Shown piece after piece: positions 46,492-57,217 of a stretch of 64,000 nt of DNA. How positions within the stretch are numbered: the first letter of the stretch is position 1; each line of letters begins with the position of its first letter. Below the pieces are notes generated by a model. It was not told where the DNA came from. It did no database searches and worked only from the letters and a program-made list of their open reading frames with translations. The DNA is from Candidatus Poseidoniales archaeon (lineage in GTDB: Archaea; Thermoplasmatota; Poseidoniia; Poseidoniales; Poseidoniaceae), in assembly GCA_038146705.1 (NCBI GenBank), contig JAYQSB010000002.1, forward strand, positions 8,688-72,687, read 5' to 3'. The position numbers and the translations under genes were made by a program.

Positions 46492-47187
46492 ATGGTAAGG
46501 ATAGACCGAGTACATACCGGTTCTGGCGATTCAGGTGAAACATCGCTCGTTGATGGTTCAAGAATTGATAAATCGAACCCAAGAATTCACATCGTGGGTA
46601 CACTCGACGAGGTTAATTCAATAGTCGGAGCAGTTTCCATGGAAACAAACCGTTTAATCAGCCATCACGATGGTGGCGATAGCAGTTCAATTCAAAGAGT
46701 GAAAAGCGTCGTTTCATTAGCCCTTCAAAGGATCCAAAATGAATTGTTTGATTTGGGTGCCGAGCTAGGTTGCGAGGTTCAATCCGTTCCCGAATATGTT
46801 ACGTTGCTCGATGCAAAACACTCAGACCTTTTGCTTGAAGAAATAGAAGCGTTAACAAAAGACACGCCCCCTTTGTCAAGTTTTATTTTACCAGGGGGCT
46901 GTCCTCCAGTAACATTTCTTCATGTGGCTCGAACGGTAACACGTCGATTGGAGCGCGTAATTGTTGAACTTGAGCGAAGTCAAGAAGGTTCAATTCGTCC
47001 TATCGTTCTTCAATACATCAATCGCTTATCAGATTGGTTTTTTGTTTTGGGGCGATGGATAAGTCATACATTGGGTGAACATGAACCACTTTGGCAACCA
47101 TTGAGTGGCCGACAATCAGAAAAGGGCATTGTGGAAACCATTTCGCAAATGAAAGCAAATGATGCGGATTTCGATACCCTAGATTGA
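46492..47187 (+). CDS. pduO: PduO-type ATP:cob(I)alamin adenosyltransferase (MMAB family).
   Basis: The N-terminus RIDRVHTGSGDSGETSLVDGSRIDKSNPRIHIVGTLDEVNSIVG matches the conserved PduO start (TGDKGETSL...VGTLDELNS). Confidence 0.8.
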   Translation: MVRIDRVHTGSGDSGETSLVDGSRIDKSNPRIHIVGTLDEVNSIVGAVSMETNRLISHHDGGDSSSIQRVKSVVSLALQRIQNELFDLGAELGCEVQSVPEYVTLLDAKHSDLLLEEIEALTKDTPPLSSFILPGGCPPVTFLHVARTVTRRLERVIVELERSQEGSIRPIVLQYINRLSDWFFVLGRWISHTLGEHEPLWQPLSGRQSEKGIVETISQMKANDADFDTLD

Positions 47188-47577
47188 CTCTAAGAAGGCT
47201 TGAGCAGATTCTACGACAGATCTCGTTTCTTTGTGCGTTATGAGTTGAAATGCACTTTCCCAATCTAGCCAAATATAATCCCTGTGCTCATGGGAAAGAT
47301 GAACATCTATTTCTTCAGTTTCAGCAAGAAACCATTGCACTTGTTTTGTTTTTTCTTTACCTTTGTACGTATAGGAATACATTGTTGTTTCAGCAAAGCC
47401 ATCAATAACATCGATATTCTGAATCCCTGTTTCTTCAAACAATTCCCTTCTCATTGTGGTAATTGGTGATTCATCGGCCTCAACATGACCTTTTGGTAAA
47501 TCCCAGTGACCCTGGGGGTATTGAAGGAGAAGAACGGTGCCTAGATTGACCAAGACAACGCCACAAGAGGTTTCCAT
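47179..47577 (-). CDS. Nudix hydrolase.
   Basis: Nudix box GHVEADESPITTMRRELFEETGI (Gx5Ex7REUxEExGU). Confidence 0.8.
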   Translation of the reverse strand: METSCGVVLVNLGTVLLLQYPQGHWDLPKGHVEADESPITTMRRELFEETGIQNIDVIDGFAETTMYSYTYKGKEKTKQVQWFLAETEEIDVHLSHEHRDYIWLDWESAFQLITHKETRSVVESAQAFLESI

Positions 47578-47643
47578 AGTGGTCCGACGATGCGGTGATT
47601 CATTGCTTTGACGGATTGAAATCTGTTCGTAATGAAAATTTTT

Positions 47644-49965
47644 CTATTCTTCCTCATTGCTTCGTTGGAAAATTTTTGGTGACCACCAATTAAAGCGACC
47701 CATCAATCGCATAGTCGATGGAACTACGAGAGCCCGTACCAATGTAGCATCAATAAGAATAGCGAGAGCCAGTCCTAAGCCAATTTGTTTCAAGATAATA
47801 ACCGAGGACAATCCAAAGGCACTGAACACTACGACCATGATGGCGGCAGCGCCAGTGATGAGTCCTCCCGTCTTCTGCAGACCGTTGGCCACAGCGAGCG
47901 TATTGTCGCCGGTCCGTTCCCATTCTTCATGAATACGGGATAACATCAGCACTTCGTAGTCCATAGAAAGTCCGAATACAATGCAGAACATGATGACGGG
48001 GTTGCCTGAATCAATGGGCTGAGCGGTGAAGTTGAGCAGGCTTTCTCCGTACCCCCACTGAAATACCCAGACCAGCATTCCAAACGAAGCAGAGATGGAC
48101 AGGATGTTCATGGCGATGGCCTTGATTGGAATGATGACAGAGCGAACTTGGAGGAAAATCAACACACAAGTGGCGATGAGAATGAAGGCTAGTGCTCGCG
48201 GAAGATTGTCAGCGATGGCGTCAAGATTGTCAGCATTGTAGGCTGCAAAGCCAGCGACTAACAAGCGGTCGTTCTCGCCATCAAAGTCATCGAGAAAACC
48301 GTCACGATGTTCTCTGATGTCTTCGACCATCAATCTTGAATCAACATTGGTTTGAGCCCCCACCAGTTGAAGTGAAATCATGGTGGCGTTGTCACCCACA
48401 AAAGACGAACGCAAACTTTCTCTCATAGCGATTTGTTCAGCAGGGAGGAATTCATCGGGCGTTTGCCAGAATTGCAGCACCTCATCGACGTTCATCGTGG
48501 GGGACGGCAATCCGACACCGATACCTCCTGACGTTCTTGAATCATTGAGCAAATCGATGATGTATGCGTGCTGAACCCGCAAGTTTGCTTCTGAGAGCGG
48601 GTCGGCTCCGTCGGTATCAACGACCAAGAAAATCGAGTTGGCTGCTTGGTCAGGCCAGTGTTCATCGATAAGTTCCATACCTTGTCGGGATTCATCATCG
48701 GGCGGCAGAGCCTTCCACGATGAGAGAGAAAATTCAGCGTAGGCAAATGGCAATCCAGCGCCAATCAACAAAACCAATGTAGGAATGAGGACAGCCCAAG
48801 GTCGGTCCATCACTCGCTTAGCGATTCGCGCCCACATACCATCGTCTTTTGCCGACATGTCAAACGCATAGGGAATCGTTCCTTTGTTGACTCGAGGACC
48901 CAACCAAGCCATCACTGCAGGGAGGACGATGGTCGAATAGATCATGGCAATGGAAACGGCGATGGTCCCTCCTATGCCGAGTGAAGGCAGCGAAGTGTTG
49001 GAAAAAAAGAGCATCCCCATAAGACCGATAGCGACGGTAATACCGGAATAGAAGACTGCTTTTCCAGCGGTAGCACAACTCATTGCGGTGGCGGTCCGAA
49101 CATCGTGACCGCGTCCCAATTCTTCTCTGAAACGATTGACCAGAAACAGGGAATAATCGATAGACACCCCGATGCCAATGAGAGAGACGATGTTCGTGGC
49201 ATAAACGGTCACATCGGTGATGTTGGAGAGCAATATGGTCATTCCAATTGCTGCGATAAGCGTCCCTCCACCAATGCCCATCGGAAGGATTGCGGCAATA
49301 ACTGAACCAAAGATGAGACCTAAGATGATGAGAGTCAGCGGAAAGGCAACGATTTCGGCTTTGATGAGGTCATTCTTGATTCGGTCGTCAAAGGTCCAAT
49401 CAATTGCAATACCATCGGTCATCCATCCTTCAAATCCACTTGCGATATCAATCGAATCGTGGTGTTCGTCCATGATTGCTTTTGCCTCTTTTCGGTCGGT
49501 AGCGAAGTTGACTGTAGTGATGGCGTAATTGCCGTCGTCGCTGTTGACGAACACATCGTCTCTATCAACATCCTCAGCAAGCCACGAGTAGTCAATTGTG
49601 ACGTCGGGGTGAGATGCAAACGGTTTCAAAGCATCTATCACGGCTTCTTGCCATGCATCGCTGGAGTCGTTTAATGTCGGATGGTACACGAGGTATCGGA
49701 GCGTTTGCCCTCCGTCATCATCGTCGGTTCCGAACCGCTCAGAGATAAGTCGTCCTGCATTGACAGACTCAACATCGTCTTCACCGAACCCTTCAGCCCA
49801 ATCTGCCCCGATGGAGGCGAGCCCACCCATGAGGATACATGATACGAGGCCAAAAGCCATCATCGCCTTTCGATGGTCGTGGATGAACAACCCGAGTCGG
49901 AAAAAGAGGCGGTTTTTGAGGACTTCAGGGTCGGTCGCACCTTCCATAGGCAGCGGGCAAATCAT
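47644..49965 (-). CDS. MMPL/RND-superfamily membrane transporter (12 TM, two large extracytoplasmic loops).
   Basis: 773 aa. Two homologous six-helix bundles, each preceded by a large soluble loop, give an SSD/MMPL-like arrangement. Confidence 0.65.
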   Translation of the reverse strand: MICPLPMEGATDPEVLKNRLFFRLGLFIHDHRKAMMAFGLVSCILMGGLASIGADWAEGFGEDDVESVNAGRLISERFGTDDDDGGQTLRYLVYHPTLNDSSDAWQEAVIDALKPFASHPDVTIDYSWLAEDVDRDDVFVNSDDGNYAITTVNFATDRKEAKAIMDEHHDSIDIASGFEGWMTDGIAIDWTFDDRIKNDLIKAEIVAFPLTLIILGLIFGSVIAAILPMGIGGGTLIAAIGMTILLSNITDVTVYATNIVSLIGIGVSIDYSLFLVNRFREELGRGHDVRTATAMSCATAGKAVFYSGITVAIGLMGMLFFSNTSLPSLGIGGTIAVSIAMIYSTIVLPAVMAWLGPRVNKGTIPYAFDMSAKDDGMWARIAKRVMDRPWAVLIPTLVLLIGAGLPFAYAEFSLSSWKALPPDDESRQGMELIDEHWPDQAANSIFLVVDTDGADPLSEANLRVQHAYIIDLLNDSRTSGGIGVGLPSPTMNVDEVLQFWQTPDEFLPAEQIAMRESLRSSFVGDNATMISLQLVGAQTNVDSRLMVEDIREHRDGFLDDFDGENDRLLVAGFAAYNADNLDAIADNLPRALAFILIATCVLIFLQVRSVIIPIKAIAMNILSISASFGMLVWVFQWGYGESLLNFTAQPIDSGNPVIMFCIVFGLSMDYEVLMLSRIHEEWERTGDNTLAVANGLQKTGGLITGAAAIMVVVFSAFGLSSVIILKQIGLGLALAILIDATLVRALVVPSTMRLMGRFNWWSPKIFQRSNEEE

Positions 49966-49997
49966 GAGTTTATCAAAAAGTGCTTTTTGTCTTAGAT

Positions 49998-50474
49998 TTA
50001 AACGACTTCAAAAATATACAAAAACCCAAGGAATGCATGAATAAAAACGAGAATCATAATCAAATCTGCGGCCCTTCCATGTTGCTTTTTGGTTAATGTG
50101 TACGACTGCCCTTCTTCTTTTATCAATGCTGCCTTCCTTCCAAATCGAATCATGTAGTAAAGCAAAAACAAACCGATAGGTCCAGTAAATCCATGCAGAT
50201 TTGTCGGAATGAGATTCACCAATATCGGTTCGTTCTTTGAATATGCATCGAAGGCTCTTGCACCAAAGGCGATGAGGACAATCGCAACACCAGATTTTAA
50301 CAGGAATTCCCCAAATTGTTGGTGATGCTCAATTTTCTCCAAACGAGTCTGGCCTTTGAATTCTAGATTTCTGCTTTTCCAAGAATATTGCCACCACATT
50401 GCAGCGATTAAAATCAAAGCAAACATGGGATGAAGAAGCAGTACAATTGTAGAGAGCACCCCCATCTGACTCAA
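49998..50474 (-). CDS. Four-TM membrane protein with conserved intramembrane His residues (possibly heme-binding, DUF420-like).
   Basis: His residues sit in hydrophobic helices (LLLHPMF, NLHGFTGPIG, HGRAADLIMILVFIHAFLG). Confidence 0.3.
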   Translation of the reverse strand: MSQMGVLSTIVLLLHPMFALILIAAMWWQYSWKSRNLEFKGQTRLEKIEHHQQFGEFLLKSGVAIVLIAFGARAFDAYSKNEPILVNLIPTNLHGFTGPIGLFLLYYMIRFGRKAALIKEEGQSYTLTKKQHGRAADLIMILVFIHAFLGFLYIFEVV

Positions 50475-50590
50475 CTTTACTACAACCCATACCTATGTTG
50501 AATTTGTGTAGGTAAACATTCAGACTCATGGATTCATAGCGGTGGATTGAAAGCACATCGTTCCCGCGTTAAAATTGCCGAGGTCATCGT

Positions 50591-53500
50591 ATGATTGAAC
50601 TTAGGATGGAGCAGTGCCTAAAATCAGTGTTGGGTGCTCCAAAACTAAAACGGCTCCGCATGGCCGTGCGTTCACCAACATGGGAACTCATTGACAAACC
50701 TCACAAAGGGATTCTATCATTTGCGATGAATGAAGAAGAAGTCCCATCCGATAATGATGATCAGCAGAATCAACCCTCTCATATGAGAACAAAAGGAAGA
50801 CGATTGAGAAACAAATCTCGAGGGCAATCAACTGTAATGTCGCCTCAGGAATACCTACCCGAATTAAACGAAATACAACAATTTGAATTATCATCCGCAT
50901 CGACACTCGCTATTCTTCTCATACGAAAACAAATGAATGACCCAGACTGGAATGATGAATTTGAATCGTTGGAGATGTTCATGCGAAATGATTGTTTGGA
51001 AAATGGAGTGCACCCCGTGTGGCATACAATTGCTGAAAAAACGAATTATCTCACACAATTTCTTGCATTTCCAAAAGTTAGGCCTAAATCTGAATCAACA
51101 ACGAAAAAATTCGATCCCAAAAAAGCAACAATCAATCCAGCGGATTCATCTCAAGTGGCACTCTTACTCTCACACGCCTTAGAAACAACAATCGACGCAA
51201 ATCTACAAGTCGCAATGAACAGATTGATTGGACAACTTCAATCTTCATCTGGTCAGTCTGTGAAAATTGAACAAATTCTGTTTTCTCTTGAAGACAGTCT
51301 TCAATACCTAAGCATCATTTTAAAATTCCATTCACAAGATGACATAACAGAATCGAATATTGAATTTTTGAACGCACAAAAAAGTGGGGTTGCAAAGAAT
51401 TTATTGAGATATTCTGAATTCCAATCGAATAATTTTTCAAACTGGGCTGAAGTTATCGAACTTCCTGGAAACAACGAACTTGAGCGTATGCTTCTTGAAA
51501 TGGTTTGGATGAACCTACCTGATGAAGCCGCAGAACTAAGCTCTCAACACATTGACAAAGGCATAGCACTCATCCAAGAATTGCAGCAATCAAAAGCACA
51601 AATTGACAAACTGAAATGGTGGAAGATGAGTGCGTTACAACGTGAAGGACAAGGGGGCATTGCTCTCGAGGTCCTTCAAGATCTAGCCATTACATCCTTC
51701 ACTGATATTGATGCATTGCTAAATTTCCTCATGATTTTCCCAGCAGAAAAAACAAGTCAATGGGTCCTCAAATTTATCGATGAGATTGATATCGACGGAT
51801 TAAGTGCTATCCTTGTATCAGATCATTACGAAGGTGAGTTACAAATCCTCATCGCCCAACGAATTTTCGATTCACATGGGTTTGAATTTGAGCAAGAGAG
51901 AAGTTATTTGTTGAAGGCATTCATTTCTGGTTTGGATTTTGAGCGACTGACAAAAATATTTCATTCTGATGCAATGTATTGCTTCTCTTATCCATATGAT
52001 GCACTTTTTTGTTATCATGCAACACCTGCATCATTATCGGTGAACAGTGAAAAGCAATTTCATGATTTGAGAATGCATGCTTTACAGAGTCTCACAGATT
52101 CTTCTCGTCCAGATTATATCTCAGATTCAGTTGAAGAACTCTTATTGCTCATGGAAGGAATTCAGTTGGATTCCGATGCCCTCATGAAGACACTGGGGAA
52201 TAAAGTTTACATTGATTTTCAACCGGTTATCAATGCACTTCAACAGGGAATTTCAGAGGTCAATATTCAACAACCTAAATTACAAGCGCTTAAACTTCGG
52301 TTGAGCGGAATTAACACATTAACGCCCTTGGAAAGCCGTCTGTTCAACGTATTATTTTCGACTATTGCCATGAATAACACACGTCAAGCATTTCACAATA
52401 GAATGGAGACACCGGAGCAAAAGAAAGATATGGCAATGATTGTCAATGAACCCTTTTTCACCCTCACAATTTTACAAACAATACAAGAACTTGTGTTAGA
52501 TTATGATCTTGGGATACCAGAATTAGTTGATTGGTATCAAAAATACAGCCCGTCTTCACCTTGGCAAACGCTCAGTAGAGCAGCGAACCATGTTCAAAAA
52601 GATGAGCAGTTGAATGCAGCCCGAGAGTACAAGAGGGTTGCAGACCAAATCCACACAGTTAGAGTAGACTCTGACGATAGAAAAAATTCTGCAGAAGAGG
52701 TCATGTATTATGTTCAGCAAGGGATTTTTGGAATCGAGCAAGAGATAGCACTTTATCGCAAAGCTTTGATTCATTATGCCCACGCAGGCCACTGGGCAGA
52801 AGCACTGGATTTACTAGAAAATAATCCTTCACTTAAATCAGCCCTCACGAAGAGATTTCAATTGTACCTTCAAGTTTCGAATCTTGCAGACAACCAACAA
52901 ACAGGGCCAGCAACTCGACTCATCGTAAACCATGTGTTGAGTTCGATTACTGAAGAAGATCAGTCCGGAGAAGGTATGCGAACAAGGGAAACATATGACG
53001 AAGAAGAATTAGAGACCTTACGCTCATACACAACAAACCATGCAGTGCATCTGCCCGATAAACCGTTCAATGGCAGGGTGATCGCTGCACACACTGAATT
53101 GTCACGAAAATTATCACGACATCGTGATGAGTTTGAACGAAGATTCCAAATGCTTGAAAAAGAATCCAAGTTTGATTTTATTGAAGTTTATGAATTAGCA
53201 AAAGAAGCTTCAAATGCAAGTCCATTAACAGGATTGAAGATTCTTGAAAGGGCTCAACATCATCGAACACTCGACACTATAGGGAGGCAAAAACTCAAAG
53301 ATGCTGAGATTACTCTTTTCAAAAATCACGAAGAAAAGATACCCCTTAAACACAGGAGTCAATTACGACAATTGAATTTGAAACCATTGGTTGTCGTTGA
53401 CACGAATATTCTCATCAATGCCCTTATTGAAGAAGTATACACACACCTTGGTATTATTGCTGGTCATCAGCGAAAAACGATGAATCAACTTGATTCTTCA

Positions 53501-54094
53501 GGAGATGTACTCCCAAATTCCGGTTTGGGAGATTTTTTCAGATTTTTGAAGAATCAATCCGAAAATGGGAAAATATTCCTACATGTTCCTGAGGTAATAC
53601 GTGAAGAATTGAGCATGTTTGGCGACCCTCGTCGGTTGGAGCGTCAGATGAATTTGAAATCAATGCTATCAAAATCAAATAACAATGAAATTACCACTGA
53701 GTTCCTCAAAGAAAAGATTGCAGAAGTCATCGATGCGTTTTCAACATGGAATGAAGCTGAATATATTGAAAAAGTTGAAGATGTTGTTACGCCAGAATTA
53801 GAAGAATTCTTTGTGCAGCATCATGAAGTGTTTGAAGAAATATCATCTGTAAAACAAAAATATGGGGCAACCACACCCAGAACAAAAATTGCTGGAAAAC
53901 AATACTATCCTGAAGAGAACGATATGCATCTGCTCCACTACGCAAAAGCGGTTTCCAATTTAGCTTCGAAAGGTATTGGTGTAGTCCTCATCGCATCGTA
54001 CGACAATGACTTCACGTTTATCTCTAGAGCCCTCGAAGAAACATTCGGCATCTCCGTTGTACGAAATCCAAGGACATTGACCGACTGGTTGTAG
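50591..54094 (+). CDS. Large (1167 aa) helical protein with a C-terminal PIN-like nuclease domain carrying a long insert.
   Basis: PIN acidic residues: KPLVVVDTNILINAL (D1), PEVIREEL (E), EENDMHLLHYA (D) and VVLIASYDNDFTF (D4). The N-terminal 900 aa is alpha-helical repeat-like with no motif. Confidence 0.5.
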   Translation: MIELRMEQCLKSVLGAPKLKRLRMAVRSPTWELIDKPHKGILSFAMNEEEVPSDNDDQQNQPSHMRTKGRRLRNKSRGQSTVMSPQEYLPELNEIQQFELSSASTLAILLIRKQMNDPDWNDEFESLEMFMRNDCLENGVHPVWHTIAEKTNYLTQFLAFPKVRPKSESTTKKFDPKKATINPADSSQVALLLSHALETTIDANLQVAMNRLIGQLQSSSGQSVKIEQILFSLEDSLQYLSIILKFHSQDDITESNIEFLNAQKSGVAKNLLRYSEFQSNNFSNWAEVIELPGNNELERMLLEMVWMNLPDEAAELSSQHIDKGIALIQELQQSKAQIDKLKWWKMSALQREGQGGIALEVLQDLAITSFTDIDALLNFLMIFPAEKTSQWVLKFIDEIDIDGLSAILVSDHYEGELQILIAQRIFDSHGFEFEQERSYLLKAFISGLDFERLTKIFHSDAMYCFSYPYDALFCYHATPASLSVNSEKQFHDLRMHALQSLTDSSRPDYISDSVEELLLLMEGIQLDSDALMKTLGNKVYIDFQPVINALQQGISEVNIQQPKLQALKLRLSGINTLTPLESRLFNVLFSTIAMNNTRQAFHNRMETPEQKKDMAMIVNEPFFTLTILQTIQELVLDYDLGIPELVDWYQKYSPSSPWQTLSRAANHVQKDEQLNAAREYKRVADQIHTVRVDSDDRKNSAEEVMYYVQQGIFGIEQEIALYRKALIHYAHAGHWAEALDLLENNPSLKSALTKRFQLYLQVSNLADNQQTGPATRLIVNHVLSSITEEDQSGEGMRTRETYDEEELETLRSYTTNHAVHLPDKPFNGRVIAAHTELSRKLSRHRDEFERRFQMLEKESKFDFIEVYELAKEASNASPLTGLKILERAQHHRTLDTIGRQKLKDAEITLFKNHEEKIPLKHRSQLRQLNLKPLVVVDTNILINALIEEVYTHLGIIAGHQRKTMNQLDSSGDVLPNSGLGDFFRFLKNQSENGKIFLHVPEVIREELSMFGDPRRLERQMNLKSMLSKSNNNEITTEFLKEKIAEVIDAFSTWNEAEYIEKVEDVVTPELEEFFVQHHEVFEEISSVKQKYGATTPRTKIAGKQYYPEENDMHLLHYAKAVSNLASKGIGVVLIASYDNDFTFISRALEETFGISVVRNPRTLTDWL

Positions 54095-54095
54095 A

Positions 54096-54482
54096 TTAGA
54101 CAAATTGCGGAACATTTGAACCTGATTTTTGTGGCGAGAGGAAATTTTGATTCACTCTGTCAATCAGTTCCTTTCCAAGAATCATGGCACAAGATAATTC
54201 TGTTCGATCTGTGATTGATAATTCTACATCGTATGTTGTTCTCCCGATTCTAATTTTTGCTTCGACAAGTTGCCTTGTTTGTTTACCCATTGCGTTGCGA
54301 ACTTGTATTTCACCAACTTTCTTCAGGCCTAGAGCATTTGCTAATTTCTTGTCAATTGAACAACGGGAAGCACCGGTGTCAATTTTTGCTTTCAAACGAA
54401 TCCACCACTTTCGTTTTCCTCCTCCTTTGAGGCTAACCCACTTGGAGTCAAACGATTTACCCATGGCTCTCACCAATATCAC
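54096..54482 (-). CDS. Retropepsin-like aspartic protease (PF05618 / 'ATP-dependent Zn protease'-like clan AA).
   Basis: [13 protein letters not shown] carries the D-T/S-G-A active-site motif in a 128-aa protein. It overlaps the icd stop by 4 nt. Confidence 0.45.
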   Translation of the reverse strand: MILVRAMGKSFDSKWVSLKGGGKRKWWIRLKAKIDTGASRCSIDKKLANALGLKKVGEIQVRNAMGKQTRQLVEAKIRIGRTTYDVELSITDRTELSCAMILGKELIDRVNQNFLSPQKSGSNVPQFV

Positions 54483-55789
54483 ATGTATTGAATTATTGCA
54501 TTTCCAAATTCACTGCAAGATAGTAACGTAGCGTGCTCCATCAATCGTTCAAAGTCGTATGTCACTGTGCCTGCTGAAATTGCCCCTTCCATTCCTTTGA
54601 TAATCAAATCAGCGGCTTCAGTCCAACCCATATGTCTCAACATCATCTCAGCACTCAAGATAACTGAGCCGGGGTTGACCTTGTCTTGCCCGGTGTATTT
54701 TGGTGCAGTTCCATGCGTTGCTTCAAAGATTGCGTGTCCGCTGTTATAGTTGATATTCGCTCCAGGTGCAATACCAATGCCCCCAACCTGAGCAGCGAGT
54801 GCATCGCTGAGGTAATCTCCGTTGAGGTTGAGTGTGGCGATGACATCATATTCTTTGGGCCGGAGTAAAACTTGTTGCAACATAGCATCTGCAATGACAT
54901 CTTTGATGATGATGCCTGCACCGTCTTTTCCTTCAGGAATAATGTGCCATGGACCTCCTTCGTAGGGAACAGCTCCAAAGAAATCTCGTGCGACTTTATA
55001 CGCCCATTCAGCAAATGAACCCTCTGTGAATTTCATGATGTTACCTTTGTGTACAATAGTAACGCTCTTTCGTTGATTTTCTACTGCGTATTCGATTGCA
55101 CTATGAACGAGTCGCTCGGTTCCCAAGTAACTAACAGGCTTCAAACCAATACCTACACGTACAGATTCTTCTCGTGGTGAACCACCAGTTGAAGATAAGG
55201 TTTCAATCCAGTCATCTGTCTTTTCTTTTGTACCAAATCGAATTTTATCGAAGCGCTCTGGGAACTGCTTGGCTAGTAATTCTAGGAATGTTTTGTTCTC
55301 ATCAGTCCCTGCCTCGAATTCGATGCCTGCGTAAATATCTTCGGTGTTTTCCCTAAAGATGACCATGTCAATGTTTTGTGGTTCTCGTACTGGAGCTGGA
55401 ACACCATTGTACCATCGAACTGGGCGAACACAAGCAAACAGATCGAGTTTTTGCCGCAATGCGACATTTAACGAACGAATACCTCCGCCAACAGGTGTTG
55501 TCAATGGACCTTTAATGGAAACAAAACCTTCTGCCATTGCTTTTAGTGTTGCATCTGGTAGCCATTCTCCTGTTTGATTGAATGCTTTTTCACCAGCGAG
55601 AACCTCATTCCAATGAATCTTTTTTGAACCCCCATATGCTTTTTCCACTGCAGAATCAACGACCTTGAGCATGACAGGAGATATGTCAATACCTATACCA
55701 TCGCCTTCAATGTAGTGGACGATAGGCTCGTTTGGTACGTGAAGTGTTCCGTTTTCGAAGGTAATAGGCGTTCCAGTCATGACTCTCAT
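54479..55789 (-). CDS. icd: NADP-dependent isocitrate dehydrogenase.
   Basis: [26 protein letters not shown] is nearly identical to the bacterial ICDH signature. Also [15 protein letters not shown] and [14 protein letters not shown]. Confidence 0.9.
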   Translation of the reverse strand: MRVMTGTPITFENGTLHVPNEPIVHYIEGDGIGIDISPVMLKVVDSAVEKAYGGSKKIHWNEVLAGEKAFNQTGEWLPDATLKAMAEGFVSIKGPLTTPVGGGIRSLNVALRQKLDLFACVRPVRWYNGVPAPVREPQNIDMVIFRENTEDIYAGIEFEAGTDENKTFLELLAKQFPERFDKIRFGTKEKTDDWIETLSSTGGSPREESVRVGIGLKPVSYLGTERLVHSAIEYAVENQRKSVTIVHKGNIMKFTEGSFAEWAYKVARDFFGAVPYEGGPWHIIPEGKDGAGIIIKDVIADAMLQQVLLRPKEYDVIATLNLNGDYLSDALAAQVGGIGIAPGANINYNSGHAIFEATHGTAPKYTGQDKVNPGSVILSAEMMLRHMGWTEAADLIIKGMEGAISAGTVTYDFERLMEHATLLSCSEFGNAIIQYM

Positions 55790-55835
55790 GCGTAGCGACC
55801 GACATCTCCTTCAAGAATGAAACGCCCGCAATTTA

Positions 55836-56219
55836 TTGATGAAGGCAAGTGTTCACTGGACGAATGGGACAGAATTGATAGGAAAAACCGAGGCTGGCCA
55901 AGAGTTACACCTCGATTGGGAAAGCGGCCCATCTCCAATGCAAGTTACACTACAAATGATAGGTGCCTGTTCCCTCGTAGACGTAGTCTTAGGTTTGAAG
56001 GAACGAAATTTTACTGAGGTTTGGATTGAGTGTGATGCAGACAGATCAACAGATTATCCTCGAATCTTTACACACATCCGAATGACATACCATGTCCGTG
56101 GCGATGTACCGCGAGCACTCGTCGAGCGGATTGTTGAAAAAAGTCATGAAAAATATTGCAGTGTATCGAATATGCTCAGAGATGAAGTCAATATTAGTTT
56201 TGAAGTTGAACTCCATTGA
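55836..56219 (+). CDS. OsmC/Ohr-family peroxiredoxin-like protein.
   Basis: QMIGACSLVD and KYCSVS give two Cys in the OsmC spacing. Length 127 aa. Confidence 0.7.
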   Translation: MMKASVHWTNGTELIGKTEAGQELHLDWESGPSPMQVTLQMIGACSLVDVVLGLKERNFTEVWIECDADRSTDYPRIFTHIRMTYHVRGDVPRALVERIVEKSHEKYCSVSNMLRDEVNISFEVELH

Positions 56220-56223
56220 ATCG

Positions 56224-56607
56224 TTATGTTCGAAATTTGAGGTAATATGCAGCGTTGATCATACCTGCAAAACTTACCCAAGCGATATAAGGTAGCATAA
56301 GTTTGGAAGCTTCTGGTAACGGTTTCCACGTCAAATACAAGTAAATGCTTGACAATGCAATCATGCACAGAATCATTGCGAATGAAATGAGATATTGTTC
56401 GGCATTGAAGACTGCTGGCCATGCCAGATTTATGAGAAGTTGAGCAACAAAAACAGTGACTATAAAACCAAATCTTTCGATATCTTCCCTGCGTGAATAA
56501 ACCATTGATATGCTGATGATGAGTGTTGTGTAAAGGATAAGCCATACAGGACGAACAATCCACCCTGGAGGTTGAAAAAAAGGCTCATATTCTGAATTGA
56601 AAGACAT
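56224..56607 (-). CDS. tspO: TspO/MBR family tryptophan-rich membrane protein.
   Basis: PPGWIVRPVWLILYTTL, LINLAWPAVFN and LPYIAWVSFAGMINAAYYL match TspO signature helices. Confidence 0.65.
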   Translation of the reverse strand: MSFNSEYEPFFQPPGWIVRPVWLILYTTLIISISMVYSRREDIERFGFIVTVFVAQLLINLAWPAVFNAEQYLISFAMILCMIALSSIYLYLTWKPLPEASKLMLPYIAWVSFAGMINAAYYLKFRT

Positions 56608-56650
56608 GAGAAAGTCGCTTAAACTCAGAGATAATAGACAAATACGTCGT

Positions 56651-57118
56651 TCATATTGGTGATGGTTTGAATTGTTTAATCATAATGTTTTGTAAGACAT
56701 AGAGCAGTTGTTTGAAGAAATCTTTCCACTGTTCAGGAAGATTTTTCGGAGATTTTAATCCGATGATTTCATCATTTCTGTGAACAACTGTAGCAAACGG
56801 GCGAATTTTCATGCCTTCACCGTCGGTTAACTCGAGGAGAAGATGATATGCATCACGGTCTTTTCTGACATCGATCGACTCTACATCTATGCGCAACTCA
56901 TGGTTTTGAACAATATTTTGGAAATGTTGATCGGTTTGAATTTCTTCTTGTGCTAAAATTCGTAGAAGGTCTTCGACCGATTCGTCGTCAGTTTCATCAT
57001 CCATGAAGGCGGCAAGAGGGTCATGATATGATTTCGTTTCAGTCGATTTGGTTTTTGAAACGCCTAATGCCTCAAAGATGTCAAAATCATCATCTTCAGT
57101 TAAACCGTCTTCCATCAT
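56651..57118 (-). CDS. Hypothetical acidic cytoplasmic protein.
   Basis: The N-terminal 60 aa are highly acidic (DDDFDIFEAL..DDETDDESVEDLL). No motif. Confidence 0.35.
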   Translation of the reverse strand: MMEDGLTEDDDFDIFEALGVSKTKSTETKSYHDPLAAFMDDETDDESVEDLLRILAQEEIQTDQHFQNIVQNHELRIDVESIDVRKDRDAYHLLLELTDGEGMKIRPFATVVHRNDEIIGLKSPKNLPEQWKDFFKQLLYVLQNIMIKQFKPSPI

Positions 57119-57217
57119 GAATCAATGTCATTCCGTTACGATATAAATCATCGTTTTTCTAGATTGTAGTTTGCATCATGAATAAGCCTCAAGAAGTGTT
57201 GCTGCTGATACTTCACC

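Noticed and set aside
56651-57118. Possible SepF-like FtsZ anchor near ftsZ.
   Set aside because: The protein is acidic and small, but I could not match the SepF core motif, and it is not adjacent to ftsZ. It is kept as hypothetical only.
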